Assembly: GCA_016714685.1 (NCBI GenBank)
Contig: JADKCH010000003.1
Span: 26,815 to 90,814, forward strand
DNA length: 64,000 bases
Source of the DNA: Candidatus Geothrix odensensis
GTDB taxonomy: Bacteria; Acidobacteriota; Holophagae; Holophagales; Holophagaceae
Reading direction: 5' to 3'
Position numbers and translations under genes: made by a program
Notes under the pieces: generated by a model
Databases searched by the model: none
The model's input: the letters and a program-made list of their open reading frames with translations, nothing else
Told to the model about the DNA's origin: nothing
Part shown: positions 49,725 to 59,821 of the stretch, piece after piece
How positions within the stretch are numbered: the first letter of the stretch is position 1
Layout: each line of letters starts with the position of its first letter

Positions 49725-50450
49725 TCAGTCCTTTTGCGGTGCCGGTTCCACCGGCGGCTGGACCACTTCCCAGCCATCCTCGGTGCGGCCGTGGACCTTC
49801 TCCTGGGTGTGGGTGATCACCTCGGCCTCGATCGAATGTTCCTGCCCACCGCGCCGGATGATCCCCCGGAACTTGATGGACCAGGTGGTGACGCCGTCCA
49901 CCTCCTCCATATCCGGATAGACCGTCACGGTGCCCGGCACCCCCTCCCTTCCCCGCTTGAAGGCCGGTGCCGAGGGATTGTAGGGGTTCTTGAAGGCCTG
50001 GATGCCGGGGTCCCGCGACAGGGCCTGGATCACCGCATCCTGGGAGGGGACCTGGCCCGGGGCCTTGGCGTGCAGATCCGCCACGATAGCCTCCGCCTGT
50101 TGGCGGGCGGTTTCGACCATGGCCTGCACGGCCATTTCCCGGGCGCGCTCGCGCTGGCCCAGGAGGGCCGGGATGGCGATGGCGCTGACGATGCCGACGA
50201 AGGGGAGCATCAGGACCGGGAGCACCAGCCCGATGATGCCCGTCACCAGGCCCGTGGCCGGCACGGGCAGGTAGGTCTGCGGTTCGGCCTTGGCGAGGCG
50301 CTTGGCCTTGGCCTGCTGCACCAGCGCGACGATGCCGAGGACGATGGCGATGGGGAAGCCGACGCAGGTCAGGGCGAAGACGATGGCCAGGATGCCGCAG
50401 AGCTTGGCGGCCTTGGCGCCGGGGGCGGGCGTCAGGAAAGCATCGGACAT
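49725..50450 (-). CDS. DUF4190-like membrane protein with pilin-like C-terminal region
   Basis: GILAIV...LGIVAL...ATGLVTGIIG TM segments, followed by GIVSAIAIPALLGQRERAR and FKNPY. Confidence 0.7.
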   Translation of the reverse strand: MSDAFLTPAPGAKAAKLCGILAIVFALTCVGFPIAIVLGIVALVQQAKAKRLAKAEPQTYLPVPATGLVTGIIGLVLPVLMLPFVGIVSAIAIPALLGQRERAREMAVQAMVETARQQAEAIVADLHAKAPGQVPSQDAVIQALSRDPGIQAFKNPYNPSAPAFKRGREGVPGTVTVYPDMEEVDGVTTWSIKFRGIIRRGGQEHSIEAEVITHTQEKVHGRTEDGWEVVQPPVEPAPQKD

Positions 50451-50547
50451 GTAGATCTCCAGTGGATGCCTCCAGCATTCCACGAAATGTCCGGCCAAGA
50501 GCATCCCCTTCCCCCTCCATTGAAAGGACGGGTAGACTCTCCGGATC

Positions 50548-51627
50548 ATGTCCCCCCTGCTGATCCTCCGCGTCCACGCCGATCTGCGCCTTGGGCTGGG
50601 CCATGTGGCCCGGGCCCTCGCCCTGGAGGAGGCCTGGCGCGGCCTCGGCGGCCAGGCCTGCCTCGCCATCACGGGCGATGACCGCGCGCGCCGCGTGGGT
50701 GGCGGCACCCATCCCTTCCTGGACCAGCCTCTGGCCTGCGAGGCCATCTACCTCGGCGAGGACCTCCTCGCGCCGCTGCCCGCGGACCTCAAGACCCGCG
50801 CCGCAGTCGTGCTGGTGGACCAGTGGGATACCACCGCCGGCTTCCTCCAGGCCCTGCGCCCGCTGAAAGTGGCCGTGATGGAGGACGACACCGACGCCCA
50901 TGAGTCGGCGGACCTCCTCTTCCAGCCTTTCCTGGAGGGCGTGCGCTGGCCTGATCACCCCGTGAAGGTCGTGAACGGCTGCAAGGTGCGCCCCTTTGAG
51001 ACCGCCTCCGGCGCCTGCCGCGTGCTGAGGGGTTCGCACTTCATCGTGGTGGACCAATCGGCCTTGGCGCTTCGGCCCAAGCGGATGCCGCTCCAGCCCC
51101 TGGCCGTCCATAAGCTGCTGGTCACCTTCGGCGGCAGCGACGGGCCGAACCTGGCCCAGAAGGCCTACGACACCCTGGCCCGGCTCGCCGCCGAGGACCG
51201 CTGGCGCGGCGCCTGCACGGTGCTCGCGCCCAACGGCATCCAGGGGGACCCCTTCCCCGGCTGCACCGTGGCCCGCAGCCTGCCGGGCCTCACCCGGCGG
51301 ATCCCGGACTTCGACGCCCTGTGGTGCTCAGCCGGCGTGACCCTGGCGGAAGCCTTGTGCCTGGGTGTTCCCACGGCCGTCTGGGGCCAGAACGAGCGCC
51401 AGCACGGCATCCTGTCTGACCTGGCCATGGCCAATGGCTGCTTCGACCTGGGCGTCGGCCCCGAGGCGGACCTGCCCATCGTGCGGGAGGCCCTGGCCCA
51501 GTGGCTGGGACCCGAGGGCCAGGACAACCGCCAGGAACAGGTGCGCGACGGCATGGCCCTGGTGGACGGCATGGCCGCTTCCCGCATCGCCCAGGAGCTG
51601 TGGCAGCTCACGGGAAGCTCCAGGTAG
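50548..51627 (+). CDS. PseG/SpsG-like glycosyltransferase/hydrolase (GT-B fold)
   Basis: RVHAD.RLGLGHVARALAL, LLVTFGGSD, SAGVTLAEALCLGVP, VDGMAASRI. Confidence 0.78.
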   Translation: MSPLLILRVHADLRLGLGHVARALALEEAWRGLGGQACLAITGDDRARRVGGGTHPFLDQPLACEAIYLGEDLLAPLPADLKTRAAVVLVDQWDTTAGFLQALRPLKVAVMEDDTDAHESADLLFQPFLEGVRWPDHPVKVVNGCKVRPFETASGACRVLRGSHFIVVDQSALALRPKRMPLQPLAVHKLLVTFGGSDGPNLAQKAYDTLARLAAEDRWRGACTVLAPNGIQGDPFPGCTVARSLPGLTRRIPDFDALWCSAGVTLAEALCLGVPTAVWGQNERQHGILSDLAMANGCFDLGVGPEADLPIVREALAQWLGPEGQDNRQEQVRDGMALVDGMAASRIAQELWQLTGSSR

Positions 51628-51735
51628 AAATCCCGGCTTGACCCTCCGGCCCGCCAGCGATAAGCTTTCCCTTCTGTGAATTCTCCGCCCATGGGGTGGT
51701 GTGTTTGCGGTTCGATCGTGATCCCGGAGCAGGCC

Positions 51736-52170
51736 ATGAGCACGTACTTCCCGAAAGCCAATGATGTCAAGCGCCAGTGGTTCCTGGTGGACGCCACGGG
51801 CGTCGCCGTGGGCCGCCTGAGCACCACCGTCGCGGACGTCCTATCCGGCAAGAACAAGCCGACCTGGACCCCCTTCCTCGATACCGGCGACCACGTCATC
51901 GTCATCAACGCCGAGAAAGCCGTGCTGACCGGCAAGAAGGGCGTGCAGAAGATGTACCGTCGCACCACCACCCAGCCCGGCTCCATGAAGGAAGTCCGCG
52001 CCGAAGTGCTGAAGGCGACCTTCCCCGAGCGCATCATCGAGAGCGCGGTCAAGGGCATGCTGCCCAAGGGCCCCCTCGGTCGGGCGATGTATCGCAAGCT
52101 CAAGGTCTACGCGGGCCCCGAGCACGACCAGTCCGCCCAGCAGCCCCAGATCCTGACCATCCAGAAGTAG
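51736..52170 (+). CDS. rplM: 50S ribosomal protein L13
   Basis: [36 protein letters not shown]. Confidence 0.99.
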   Translation: MSTYFPKANDVKRQWFLVDATGVAVGRLSTTVADVLSGKNKPTWTPFLDTGDHVIVINAEKAVLTGKKGVQKMYRRTTTQPGSMKEVRAEVLKATFPERIIESAVKGMLPKGPLGRAMYRKLKVYAGPEHDQSAQQPQILTIQK

Positions 52171-52183
52171 AGGCGAGGACATC

Positions 52184-52576
52184 ATGGCCATTTCCCAGAA
52201 CTACGGAACCGGTCGCCGCAAGAGCGCGGCCGCCCGCGCCTTCCTGCGCCCCGGCACCGGCAAGATCACCGTCAACGGCCGCACCCTGGAGAACTACTTC
52301 CCCAACGCCGTGCTCCGCATGATGGTCCACCAGCCCCTGGTGCTGGCCGACCTCGACGGCAAGTTCGACATGATCATCAGCGTGTGCGGCGGCGGCCCCG
52401 CCGGCCAGGCCTCCGCCATCCGCCTGGGCATCTCCCGCGCCCTGCTCGGCTACAACGACCAGCTCAAGTCCCTGCTGCGCGGTGCCGGTCTCCTGACCCG
52501 TGATCCCCGCATGAAGGAGCGCAAGAAGCCCGGTCGCAAGGCCGCCCGTCGCCGCTTCCAGTTCAGCAAGCGCTAG
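52184..52576 (+). CDS. rpsI: 30S ribosomal protein S9
   Basis: [27 protein letters not shown]. Confidence 0.99.
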   Translation: MAISQNYGTGRRKSAAARAFLRPGTGKITVNGRTLENYFPNAVLRMMVHQPLVLADLDGKFDMIISVCGGGPAGQASAIRLGISRALLGYNDQLKSLLRGAGLLTRDPRMKERKKPGRKAARRRFQFSKR

Positions 52577-52587
52577 TCCGTCTCTGG

Positions 52588-52619
52588 AAGGGGGATCCTC
52601 GGATCCCCCTTCTGTTTTT
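52588..52619 (+). terminator. Intrinsic terminator after rpsI
   Basis: gaagggggatcc-tc-ggatcccccttc-tgttttt. Confidence 0.85.
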
Positions 52620-52715
52620 CCGGCCCGCGCAAGCGGGCGATTCGGGCCGAGGGAACCAACCCAACGCCTTTCATCCCACCCGCGGCGCCTTCGCCGCTTG
52701 ACCAGGGAGGCCAGC

Positions 52716-53468
52716 ATGGCTGCCATCCAGATGAAGGAACTCCTCGAGGCCGGTGCCCATTTCGGACACCAGACCAAGCGTTGGAATCCCAAGATGAAGA
52801 AGTACATCTTCGGGGCCCGCAACAGCATCTACATCATCGACCTCCAGAAGACCCTGCGCCTCTGGAACACCGCGGCGAACTTCCTCACCAAGTCCGCCTC
52901 CGAAGGGAAGAACTTCCTCTTCGTGGCCACCAAGCCCCAGGCCCAGGAGCTCATCGCCGAGCAGGCCGCCCGCTGCGGCGCCTTCTACGTGAACAACCGC
53001 TGGCTGGGCGGCATGCTGACCAACTTCGCCACCATCAAGAAGAGCCTGGAGAAGTTCCGCGAGATCGAGGCCACCCTGGCCGATCCCGCCCGCACGGCCC
53101 TGCTCTCCAAGAAGGAACTGCTCACCCTGAACCGCACCCGCCTGAAGCTGGAGGCCTCCTTCCACGGCATCCGCGACATGCGCGCGCTGCCTGATGTCAT
53201 CTTCGTCATCGATCCGCACCGCGAGGACATCGCCGTCACCGAGGCCAAGAAGATCGGCATCAAGGTCGTGGGCATCGTGGACACCAACTGCGACCCCGAC
53301 ATGGTGGACTACGTGATCCCCGCCAATGACGACGCGATCCGCTCCATCCTGCTCTTCTCCGAGCGCGTGGCCGATTCCATCCTCGAAGGGCGCCAGTCCT
53401 TCCGGGACAAGGGCGACAGCGACGACATGAAGAAGATGATGGCCGAAAAAATGGAAGTCGAGGGCTAG
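52716..53468 (+). CDS. rpsB: 30S ribosomal protein S2
   Basis: LLEAGAHFGHQTKRWNPKM, RWLGGMLTNF, DTNCDP, PANDDA. Confidence 0.99.
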   Translation: MAAIQMKELLEAGAHFGHQTKRWNPKMKKYIFGARNSIYIIDLQKTLRLWNTAANFLTKSASEGKNFLFVATKPQAQELIAEQAARCGAFYVNNRWLGGMLTNFATIKKSLEKFREIEATLADPARTALLSKKELLTLNRTRLKLEASFHGIRDMRALPDVIFVIDPHREDIAVTEAKKIGIKVVGIVDTNCDPDMVDYVIPANDDAIRSILLFSERVADSILEGRQSFRDKGDSDDMKKMMAEKMEVEG

Positions 53469-53550
53469 ACCCAACCCACCCATTCGTCAGCCATCGGTGG
53501 TTCCCCCGCTGATGGCTGATGCTCTGAATCCCCAACGATCAGGAGACGAC

Positions 53551-54201
53551 ATGGCATTCACCGCCCTAGACGTGAAGGCACTGCGCGAGAAGACCGGCCT
53601 CGGCATGATGGACTGCAAGAAGGCCCTGGAAGAGAGCAACGGCGACATGGAGCAGGCCAACGAGTGGCTGCGCAAGAAGGGCCTGGCGGCCTCCGCCAAG
53701 AAGGCCGACCGCATCGCCGCCGAAGGCATCGTGGAAGCCTACATCCACCCCGGCGGTCGCGTGGGCGTGCTGGTCGAAGTCAACTCCGAGACCGACTTCG
53801 TGGCCCGCAACGAGGCCTTCCAGCGCCTGGTCAAGGAGATCGCGATGCACATCGCGGCCGCCGATCCCGCGCCCCGCTTCGTCACCAAGGACGAGGTCAC
53901 CCAGGACTTCCTCGACACCGAGAAGCGCATCGCCACCGAACAGGCCCTGGCCACCGGCAAGCCCGCCAACATCGTCGAGCGCATCGTCGAGGGCAAGATG
54001 AACAGCATCTTCAAGGAGGTCTGCCTCCTCGAGCAGCCCTTCATCATGAACCCCGACCTCACCATCCAGCAGTACCTGTCCCAGAAGACCGCGGAGATCG
54101 GCGAGAAGCTCAGCATCCGCCGCTTCACGAAGTACATCATGGGCGAGGGCCTCGAGAAGCGCAGCGAGAACTTCGCCGCTGAAGTGGCCGCCGCCAAGTA
54201 A
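53551..54201 (+). CDS. tsf: Elongation factor Ts (short form)
   Basis: [34 protein letters not shown]. Confidence 0.98.
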   Translation: MAFTALDVKALREKTGLGMMDCKKALEESNGDMEQANEWLRKKGLAASAKKADRIAAEGIVEAYIHPGGRVGVLVEVNSETDFVARNEAFQRLVKEIAMHIAAADPAPRFVTKDEVTQDFLDTEKRIATEQALATGKPANIVERIVEGKMNSIFKEVCLLEQPFIMNPDLTIQQYLSQKTAEIGEKLSIRRFTKYIMGEGLEKRSENFAAEVAAAK

Positions 54202-54221
54202 GGTTTTGAATCAACCAGGCG

Positions 54222-54249
54222 AGGGCGGCATCCGTGCCGCCCTTTTTTT
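54222..54249 (+). terminator. Intrinsic terminator after tsf
   Basis: agggcggca-tccg-tgccgccct-tttttt. Confidence 0.85.
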
Positions 54250-54284
54250 GGGCTAGGCTTCATTTATCAACTCCCGGGGTACCC

Positions 54285-54989
54285 ATGAAATTCAAACGCA
54301 TCCTCCTCAAGCTCTCCGGCGAGGCCCTCATGGGCGAGCAGAAGGGCGGCATCGACCCGGCCGTGGTGTCCATGATCGCGGACCAGGTGAAGACCATCCG
54401 CGAGATGGGCGTGGAGGTGGGCCTGGTCATCGGCGGCGGCAACATCTTCCGCGGCGTGGCCGGCGCCACCAAGGGCATGGACCGCACCACCGCCGACCAC
54501 ATGGGCATGCTGGCCACCATGATCAACGCCCTGGCCCTGCAGGACGCCCTGGAGCACAAGGGCGTGCACACCCGCACCCTGTCCGGCCTGGAGATGCCCA
54601 AGGTCACCGAGACCTACATCCGCCGCCGCGCCACCCGCCACCTGGAGAAGGGCCGCGTGGTCATCTTCGGCGCGGGCACCGGCAACCCCTACTTCAGCAC
54701 CGACACCGCCGCCGCGCTGCGGGCCAACGAGGTCAACGCCGAGGTGGTGATGAAGGCCACCAACGTGGATGGCATCTACACCGCCGACCCCAAGAAGGAT
54801 CCCACCGCCACGCGCTTCGACCACATCAGCTTCCAGGAGGTGCTCGAGAAGGGCCTCAAGGTCATGGACGCGCCCGCCATCGCCCTGTGCATGGACAACA
54901 AGCTGCCCATCCTCGTCTTCGACATGAACAAGCCCGGCAACCTCGTCGCAGCCGTCAATGGCGAACCCGTGGGGACGCTGGTCAACTGA
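54285..54989 (+). CDS. pyrH: UMP kinase
   Basis: [37 protein letters not shown]. Confidence 0.99.
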   Translation: MKFKRILLKLSGEALMGEQKGGIDPAVVSMIADQVKTIREMGVEVGLVIGGGNIFRGVAGATKGMDRTTADHMGMLATMINALALQDALEHKGVHTRTLSGLEMPKVTETYIRRRATRHLEKGRVVIFGAGTGNPYFSTDTAAALRANEVNAEVVMKATNVDGIYTADPKKDPTATRFDHISFQEVLEKGLKVMDAPAIALCMDNKLPILVFDMNKPGNLVAAVNGEPVGTLVN

Positions 54990-55086
54990 GCGACCCATAT
55001 ACCCGTGCGAAATGAGCGTGATTCGCTCCTCACCGGGTCCCGACTTCACGGGCTCCCCCGGAGCCCGTTCCGTCACCCGGTGGTCG

Positions 55087-55156
55087 CGACATGAACAAGC
55101 CCGGCAACCTCGTGGCGGCCGTCAATGGCGAGGCCGTGGGAACGCTGGTCAACTGA
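55087..55156 (+). repeat. Direct repeat of the last 70 bp of pyrH (54920-54989)
   Basis: 65/70 identical; encodes [22 protein letters not shown] versus ...GEPVGTLVN*. Confidence 0.95.
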
Positions 55157-55168
55157 CCGGGAGGCAGG

Positions 55169-57688
55169 TCAGCCCAGCACCTTCCCCACCGCCGCCAGCA
55201 GTTCGTCCCCACTGAACGGCTTGCGCAGGAAGGGGGCCTGGGGATCCGGTGCCGCCTCGTTCAGGGCGTACCCGCTCCAGCGGATCACAGGGCCGGCGAA
55301 GCCCAGGGCCCGCATGTCCCGCAGAGCCTCCTCGCCCCCCTGCCTGGGCATGGTCAGGTCCAGCAGCACGAGGCGCAGTTCCTGCCGATGGGCGCGGACG
55401 TGCTCCACGGCCTGCACGCCATCCTCCGCGACGATGACTTCGAATCCAGAGCGTTCCAGGACGCGCCGGGCAAAATCGCGGATGCCCGGTTCGTCATCGG
55501 CCACCAGCACGAGGCCGGCACCGACCACCCTGGTCTGGGCCAGCGCGGGTTCGGCGGGCCCGGTCGCAAGGCCCCTCCCGGTCTGCGCGGGCAGGTAGAC
55601 CCGGAACAGGGTTCCCGCTCCTGGCCGGCTCTGGATGTCCACGCCGCCGCCGTGGCTTCGTACGATGCCCTGCATGGCCGCCAGGCCGAGACCCCGGCCC
55701 GTGAACTTGGTGGTGAAGAAGGGATCGAAGATGCGGGCCTGGGTCTCCCCATCCATCCCGGCCCCCGTATCCACCACCTCCAGGAAGACGAAGGAGCCCG
55801 GGCTCAGAGCCTCGGCCACGCGCAGGCCGGACACCTCCGTCTCGCCGAGTTCCCGGACCCCGGAACGCAGGGTCACGGTGCCCTCCGCCTCGCCGATGGC
55901 CTCCGCCGCGTTGGTGACCAGGTTCATCACCACCTGTTGGAGCTGGGCGGCATCGGCCGAGACCGGGGGCAGCGCCTCGGCCAGGTCGTACCTCAGCGTG
56001 ATGCCCTTCGCGATGGACACGCTGAGCAGCTGCGCGATGTCCTGGATGAGGCGGTTCAGATCGAGCAGCTGGAATTGGACGGTGCCCCGCCCCGAATAGG
56101 CGAGCATCTGCCGCACGAGGTCCGAGGCCCGCCGGCAGGTCTCCTCGATGTTCCAGAGGCAGGTCCGGGCCAGCTCAGGTTCATTCACGGCCTCGCGCAC
56201 CATGCCCGCATTGCCCTGGATGACCGTCAGGAGGTTGTTGAAGTCGTGAGCCACCCCGCCAGCCAGCAGGCCGAGGCTCTCCAGCCGCTGCGCCTCCAGC
56301 AGCTTGCGCTCGACCTTGAGGCGGGCGTCATTGGCCTTCACCCGCTCCGTGACGTCGAAGGCCGTGCCCAGCCCATACACGCGCTCCCCCAGGGTCACCG
56401 TCCCCGCCGCGAAGTCGATCCAGCGGGTCTCGCCCTGCTTCGTCTGGATCCGGAACTCGTATCGGAGGGGCACGGAATCGCCCCGGAGCCGGGCCCGGGC
56501 CCGGGCGGACACCAGCTCCTGGTCCAGGGGATGGACCAGCTTCAAGAAGGGCAGGCCCACGATCTCGCCCAGGGGGTGCCCCGTGATCCTGGAACCGGCC
56601 TCGTTCATGTACTCGATGCGGTCGGAATAGATGAAAATGCCGCAGGAGGCCGTCTCTGCCACGGACCGGAACCGGGCCTCGCTCTCCTGGAGCTGGTGGG
56701 TGAGCCCCTCCAGCTTGGAGCGGCTGTAGGCCAGGAACAGGGTGAGGCCAAAGGCCAGCAGGCTGACCAAGGCCCCCCCCAGCGCCACCGTGCGGGGCCG
56801 GTCAACGAGGGCTCCCGTCGCGGTCGGCACGAAGCCCACCACCAGCGTCCACCGCTGGCCCCCCACCGCCAGGGGCGTGTGCCGAGCCCCGGACCGGAAC
56901 GCGGTGGCCGAACCCAGCATGGCCACACAAAGATCCCGGTCATAGAGCAGCCCCTCTGCCCGGCAGGAGGGATCATCGTAGATCTCCACATCCAGGTCGG
57001 CGATGGGGCTGACCCCGTACATGGCGCGGAACATCTCGTGGCTGTCGGCCAGACACACCACCAGGCCCTGGAAATCCGCACGGCGGGCGGCCTGATCGCC
57101 GGGAACGGCGAAGCCGCGGAAGACGGGGAACACCAGGGCGATGGAGGGCACCTGCTCGCCTGGGAGATCCAGCCGCTTGGAAACGGTGAGCTCACCCAGG
57201 TCCCTGGCCCTGCCCGCCACCTCCTGGAAGGCGGGAAGGCTCAGCAGGCCCATGCCCTTGGACCCCAGCAGGGCCGCGTTTCCCTCGTCGCCCAGGAGAG
57301 GCAAGGCCCCCGGCCGACCCTCGAGGACACTGCGGGGCACGAACCCAAGCAGGCGCGTCCCCGGCGAGAGGCGCCGCAGGTCCAGACTCGCCACGAAGGC
57401 CCGCCAGTCCTCCGCCACGAGGTGAGGCCGGCCCACCACCAGGCCCTGGGCCCCGAGCAGCAGCTTGGTCTGCTCCTCGATGCGGTGCTCCACGGCCTCC
57501 CGGGTCTGGGCCAGGGCCCCATCCAGGCGGCTCGCCTGGAAGGAGCGTTCCTGGAGCGTCAGGGTCCGCCAGGCCCAGGTGGTCCCCCCCAATCCCAGCA
57601 GGAGCACCAGCCAAGGCGTTACCTGGCCCAGGGCCTGCAAGTACCGGCCCCGGCGGGCCCGGGGGGACGGCGTGTACGACGGCGACAT
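55169..57688 (-). CDS. CHASE-PAS hybrid histidine kinase/response regulator
   Basis: TM-CHASE-TM, PAS, LAGGVAHDFNNLL, DPFFTTKFTGRGLGL, receiver LLDLTMP. Confidence 0.92.
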   Translation of the reverse strand: MSPSYTPSPRARRGRYLQALGQVTPWLVLLLGLGGTTWAWRTLTLQERSFQASRLDGALAQTREAVEHRIEEQTKLLLGAQGLVVGRPHLVAEDWRAFVASLDLRRLSPGTRLLGFVPRSVLEGRPGALPLLGDEGNAALLGSKGMGLLSLPAFQEVAGRARDLGELTVSKRLDLPGEQVPSIALVFPVFRGFAVPGDQAARRADFQGLVVCLADSHEMFRAMYGVSPIADLDVEIYDDPSCRAEGLLYDRDLCVAMLGSATAFRSGARHTPLAVGGQRWTLVVGFVPTATGALVDRPRTVALGGALVSLLAFGLTLFLAYSRSKLEGLTHQLQESEARFRSVAETASCGIFIYSDRIEYMNEAGSRITGHPLGEIVGLPFLKLVHPLDQELVSARARARLRGDSVPLRYEFRIQTKQGETRWIDFAAGTVTLGERVYGLGTAFDVTERVKANDARLKVERKLLEAQRLESLGLLAGGVAHDFNNLLTVIQGNAGMVREAVNEPELARTCLWNIEETCRRASDLVRQMLAYSGRGTVQFQLLDLNRLIQDIAQLLSVSIAKGITLRYDLAEALPPVSADAAQLQQVVMNLVTNAAEAIGEAEGTVTLRSGVRELGETEVSGLRVAEALSPGSFVFLEVVDTGAGMDGETQARIFDPFFTTKFTGRGLGLAAMQGIVRSHGGGVDIQSRPGAGTLFRVYLPAQTGRGLATGPAEPALAQTRVVGAGLVLVADDEPGIRDFARRVLERSGFEVIVAEDGVQAVEHVRAHRQELRLVLLDLTMPRQGGEEALRDMRALGFAGPVIRWSGYALNEAAPDPQAPFLRKPFSGDELLAAVGKVLG

Positions 57689-57734
57689 GAGGGCCAGCTT
57701 ACCTGCGCCACACGGAATCCGGCACACTGGAAAG

Positions 57735-59072
57735 ATGGATGCCTTCATGGAAATACCCGAGGCCAGGGTCCTCACGGATCCGGACGACCTGGTGCCCTTC
57801 CTCGAGGACGAGTCCCATCTGCGGGGCGTCCCGCCCCTGGCGGTGGTGAAGCCCCACGGCCCCTCGGCCCTGCGCGAGCTGGTCCGCCGGGCCAAGGCGG
57901 AGGGTTTCGGGCTCGTGCCCCGGGGCGCCGGCACTGGCAAGGCTGGAGGCTGCCTCCCCACCGAACGCACTGTGGTGGTGGACTTCTCCGAGTGGCCCGG
58001 CGAGATCCAGGTGTCGCCCCAGGACCTCTGCCTCAGCGCCCCGGCCAGCGCGCCCCTCCGCGAGGTGAAGGCTGCCGCGGAAGGCCACGGGCTCTTCTAT
58101 CCGCCGGACCCGAACTCCTGGGAGAGCTGCGCCCTTGGGGGCACCCTGGCCACCAACGCTGGCGGTCCGAACGCCTGCAAGTACGGCATGACGCGGCACT
58201 GGGTCCTGGCCGTGGAAGCCCTGCTCGAGGATGGTGAACTCCACACCTTCGGCATCAGCAGCGTGAAGGCCAACGCCGGCCCCAGCCTGGGGCAGCTGCT
58301 CATCGGCAGCGAGGGCCTCTTCGGCTTCATCACCGGCGCCACCCTGCGACTCACACCCCTGCCCCGGGAGTTCACCACCCTCCTGCTGCCGGTGAAGCGC
58401 TGGGAGGACCTGCTGGATCTGCCGGGACGCCTCTGCGGCGCAGGCTACCTGCCCAGCGCCTTCGAGTTCTTCGATCCCGCCGTGCTGGCGGAACTGCGCG
58501 CCCACGGCCCCGAGGAGGCCCGGCGCCTGCCCGGCGAGGCCCTGGCCATCCTGGAGTTCGACGAGCGCGGTTGCACCTCGGAGCCCTTCCTCGACGGCCT
58601 GCTTGACCTGCTGGGTCCCCTGGCCGACGGCCTGGAGGTCGCCTCGGACGCGCGCCAGCGCCAGGGCATCTGGGCCGTCCGCCGCATGACCAGCGTCTTC
58701 CTGAAGGAGCGTCATCCGAAGAAGGTCAGCGAGGACATCGTGGTGCCCCGCAGCCGCCTGCGCGAGTTCTTCGCGGGCGTCGAACGGCTGGGCATCCCCG
58801 CCGTCACCTACGGCCACCTGGGCGACGGCAACCTGCACACCAACCTGCTGGCCGCCGGCGAGACGGACCCCGCCACCCTGGACCGCCAGCTCATGGACCT
58901 GTTCCGCCTCGCGCTGAGCCTGGGCGGCACCCTCAGTGGTGAGCACGGCATCGGCCTGGCCAAGCGCAAAGCCTTCCTGGCCCTGGCTGACCCGGCCCAC
59001 CTTCGAGCCCTGCGCACCCTCAAGCAGGCCCTGGATCCGCAGAACATCTTCAATCCGGGTAAGGTTTTGTAG
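57735..59072 (+). CDS. FAD-linked oxidase, GlcD/D-lactate dehydrogenase family
   Basis: PRGAGTG, YPPDP, GG..ATNAGG, GSEG..G, GHLGDGNLH, SGEHGIG, DPQNIFNPGK. Confidence 0.93.
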   Translation: MDAFMEIPEARVLTDPDDLVPFLEDESHLRGVPPLAVVKPHGPSALRELVRRAKAEGFGLVPRGAGTGKAGGCLPTERTVVVDFSEWPGEIQVSPQDLCLSAPASAPLREVKAAAEGHGLFYPPDPNSWESCALGGTLATNAGGPNACKYGMTRHWVLAVEALLEDGELHTFGISSVKANAGPSLGQLLIGSEGLFGFITGATLRLTPLPREFTTLLLPVKRWEDLLDLPGRLCGAGYLPSAFEFFDPAVLAELRAHGPEEARRLPGEALAILEFDERGCTSEPFLDGLLDLLGPLADGLEVASDARQRQGIWAVRRMTSVFLKERHPKKVSEDIVVPRSRLREFFAGVERLGIPAVTYGHLGDGNLHTNLLAAGETDPATLDRQLMDLFRLALSLGGTLSGEHGIGLAKRKAFLALADPAHLRALRTLKQALDPQNIFNPGKVL

Positions 59073-59152
59073 CTGCGCTTGGTCTAAAGTCCAATTTTTT
59101 ATATAGACATTTTTGACCCCAGCCCCCACCTTCAAACGTGTCGAGGTGAAGC

Positions 59153-59821
59153 ATGCAGGTGCTCCAGGCCCAGGGGGTCGGCAGGCGGTTCGGAGCCCGC
59201 TGGGTCATCCGCGGCCTGGATATGGTCCTGGAGGCCGGAGAGAGGGTTGCCCTCCTGGGGCCCTCCGGCTGCGGCAAGACCACCCTCTTGAATGTGCTGG
59301 GCGGCCTGGACCGCCCCGATGAAGGCAGGGTCCTGCTGGAAGGCGAGGCTCTCGATCAGGCCAGCCCGTCCCGCCTCGCGGCGCTGCGGCGCACGCGGCT
59401 GGGCACCATTTTCCAGTTCTTCCACCTGATCCCCACCCTCACGGCCGGGGAGAACATCGAGCTGCCCCTGCGGATGCTGGCCTGGCCCGAGGCGGCGATC
59501 CAGGAACGCTGCGCGACGCTCATCCAGGCGGTGGGGCTGGAGCACCGCGCTGCCGCCTGGCCCGCCGAACTGTCGGGTGGAGAGATGCAGCGGGTGGCCG
59601 TGGCCCGGGCGCTGGCGGCGCGGCCCGCCGTGCTGCTGGCCGACGAGCCCACCGGGAACCTCGACCGCGCCTCGGGGCGGGCGGTGCTCGCCCTGCTCGC
59701 CGAGCTGACCGAACGCGAGGGCTCAGCCCTCGTGATGGTCACGCATTCCGAGGCCGCCGCCGGAATCTGCCACCGGGTGCTGCGCATGGAGGACGGCCAG
59801 TTCCTGGGCGGCCCGGCGTGA
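59153..59821 (+). CDS. ABC transporter ATP-binding protein (LolD/MacB-like)
   Basis: GPSGCGKTT, LSGGEMQRVAVARAL, LADEPTGNLD. Confidence 0.94.
   Translation: MQVLQAQGVGRRFGARWVIRGLDMVLEAGERVALLGPSGCGKTTLLNVLGGLDRPDEGRVLLEGEALDQASPSRLAALRRTRLGTIFQFFHLIPTLTAGENIELPLRMLAWPEAAIQERCATLIQAVGLEHRAAAWPAELSGGEMQRVAVARALAARPAVLLADEPTGNLDRASGRAVLALLAELTEREGSALVMVTHSEAAAGICHRVLRMEDGQFLGGPA

Noticed and set aside
53482-53521. Strong hairpin between rpsB and tsf as a novel RNA
   Set aside because: A single stem without a U-tract. Intergenic hairpins in rpsB-tsf are common processing or attenuation features.
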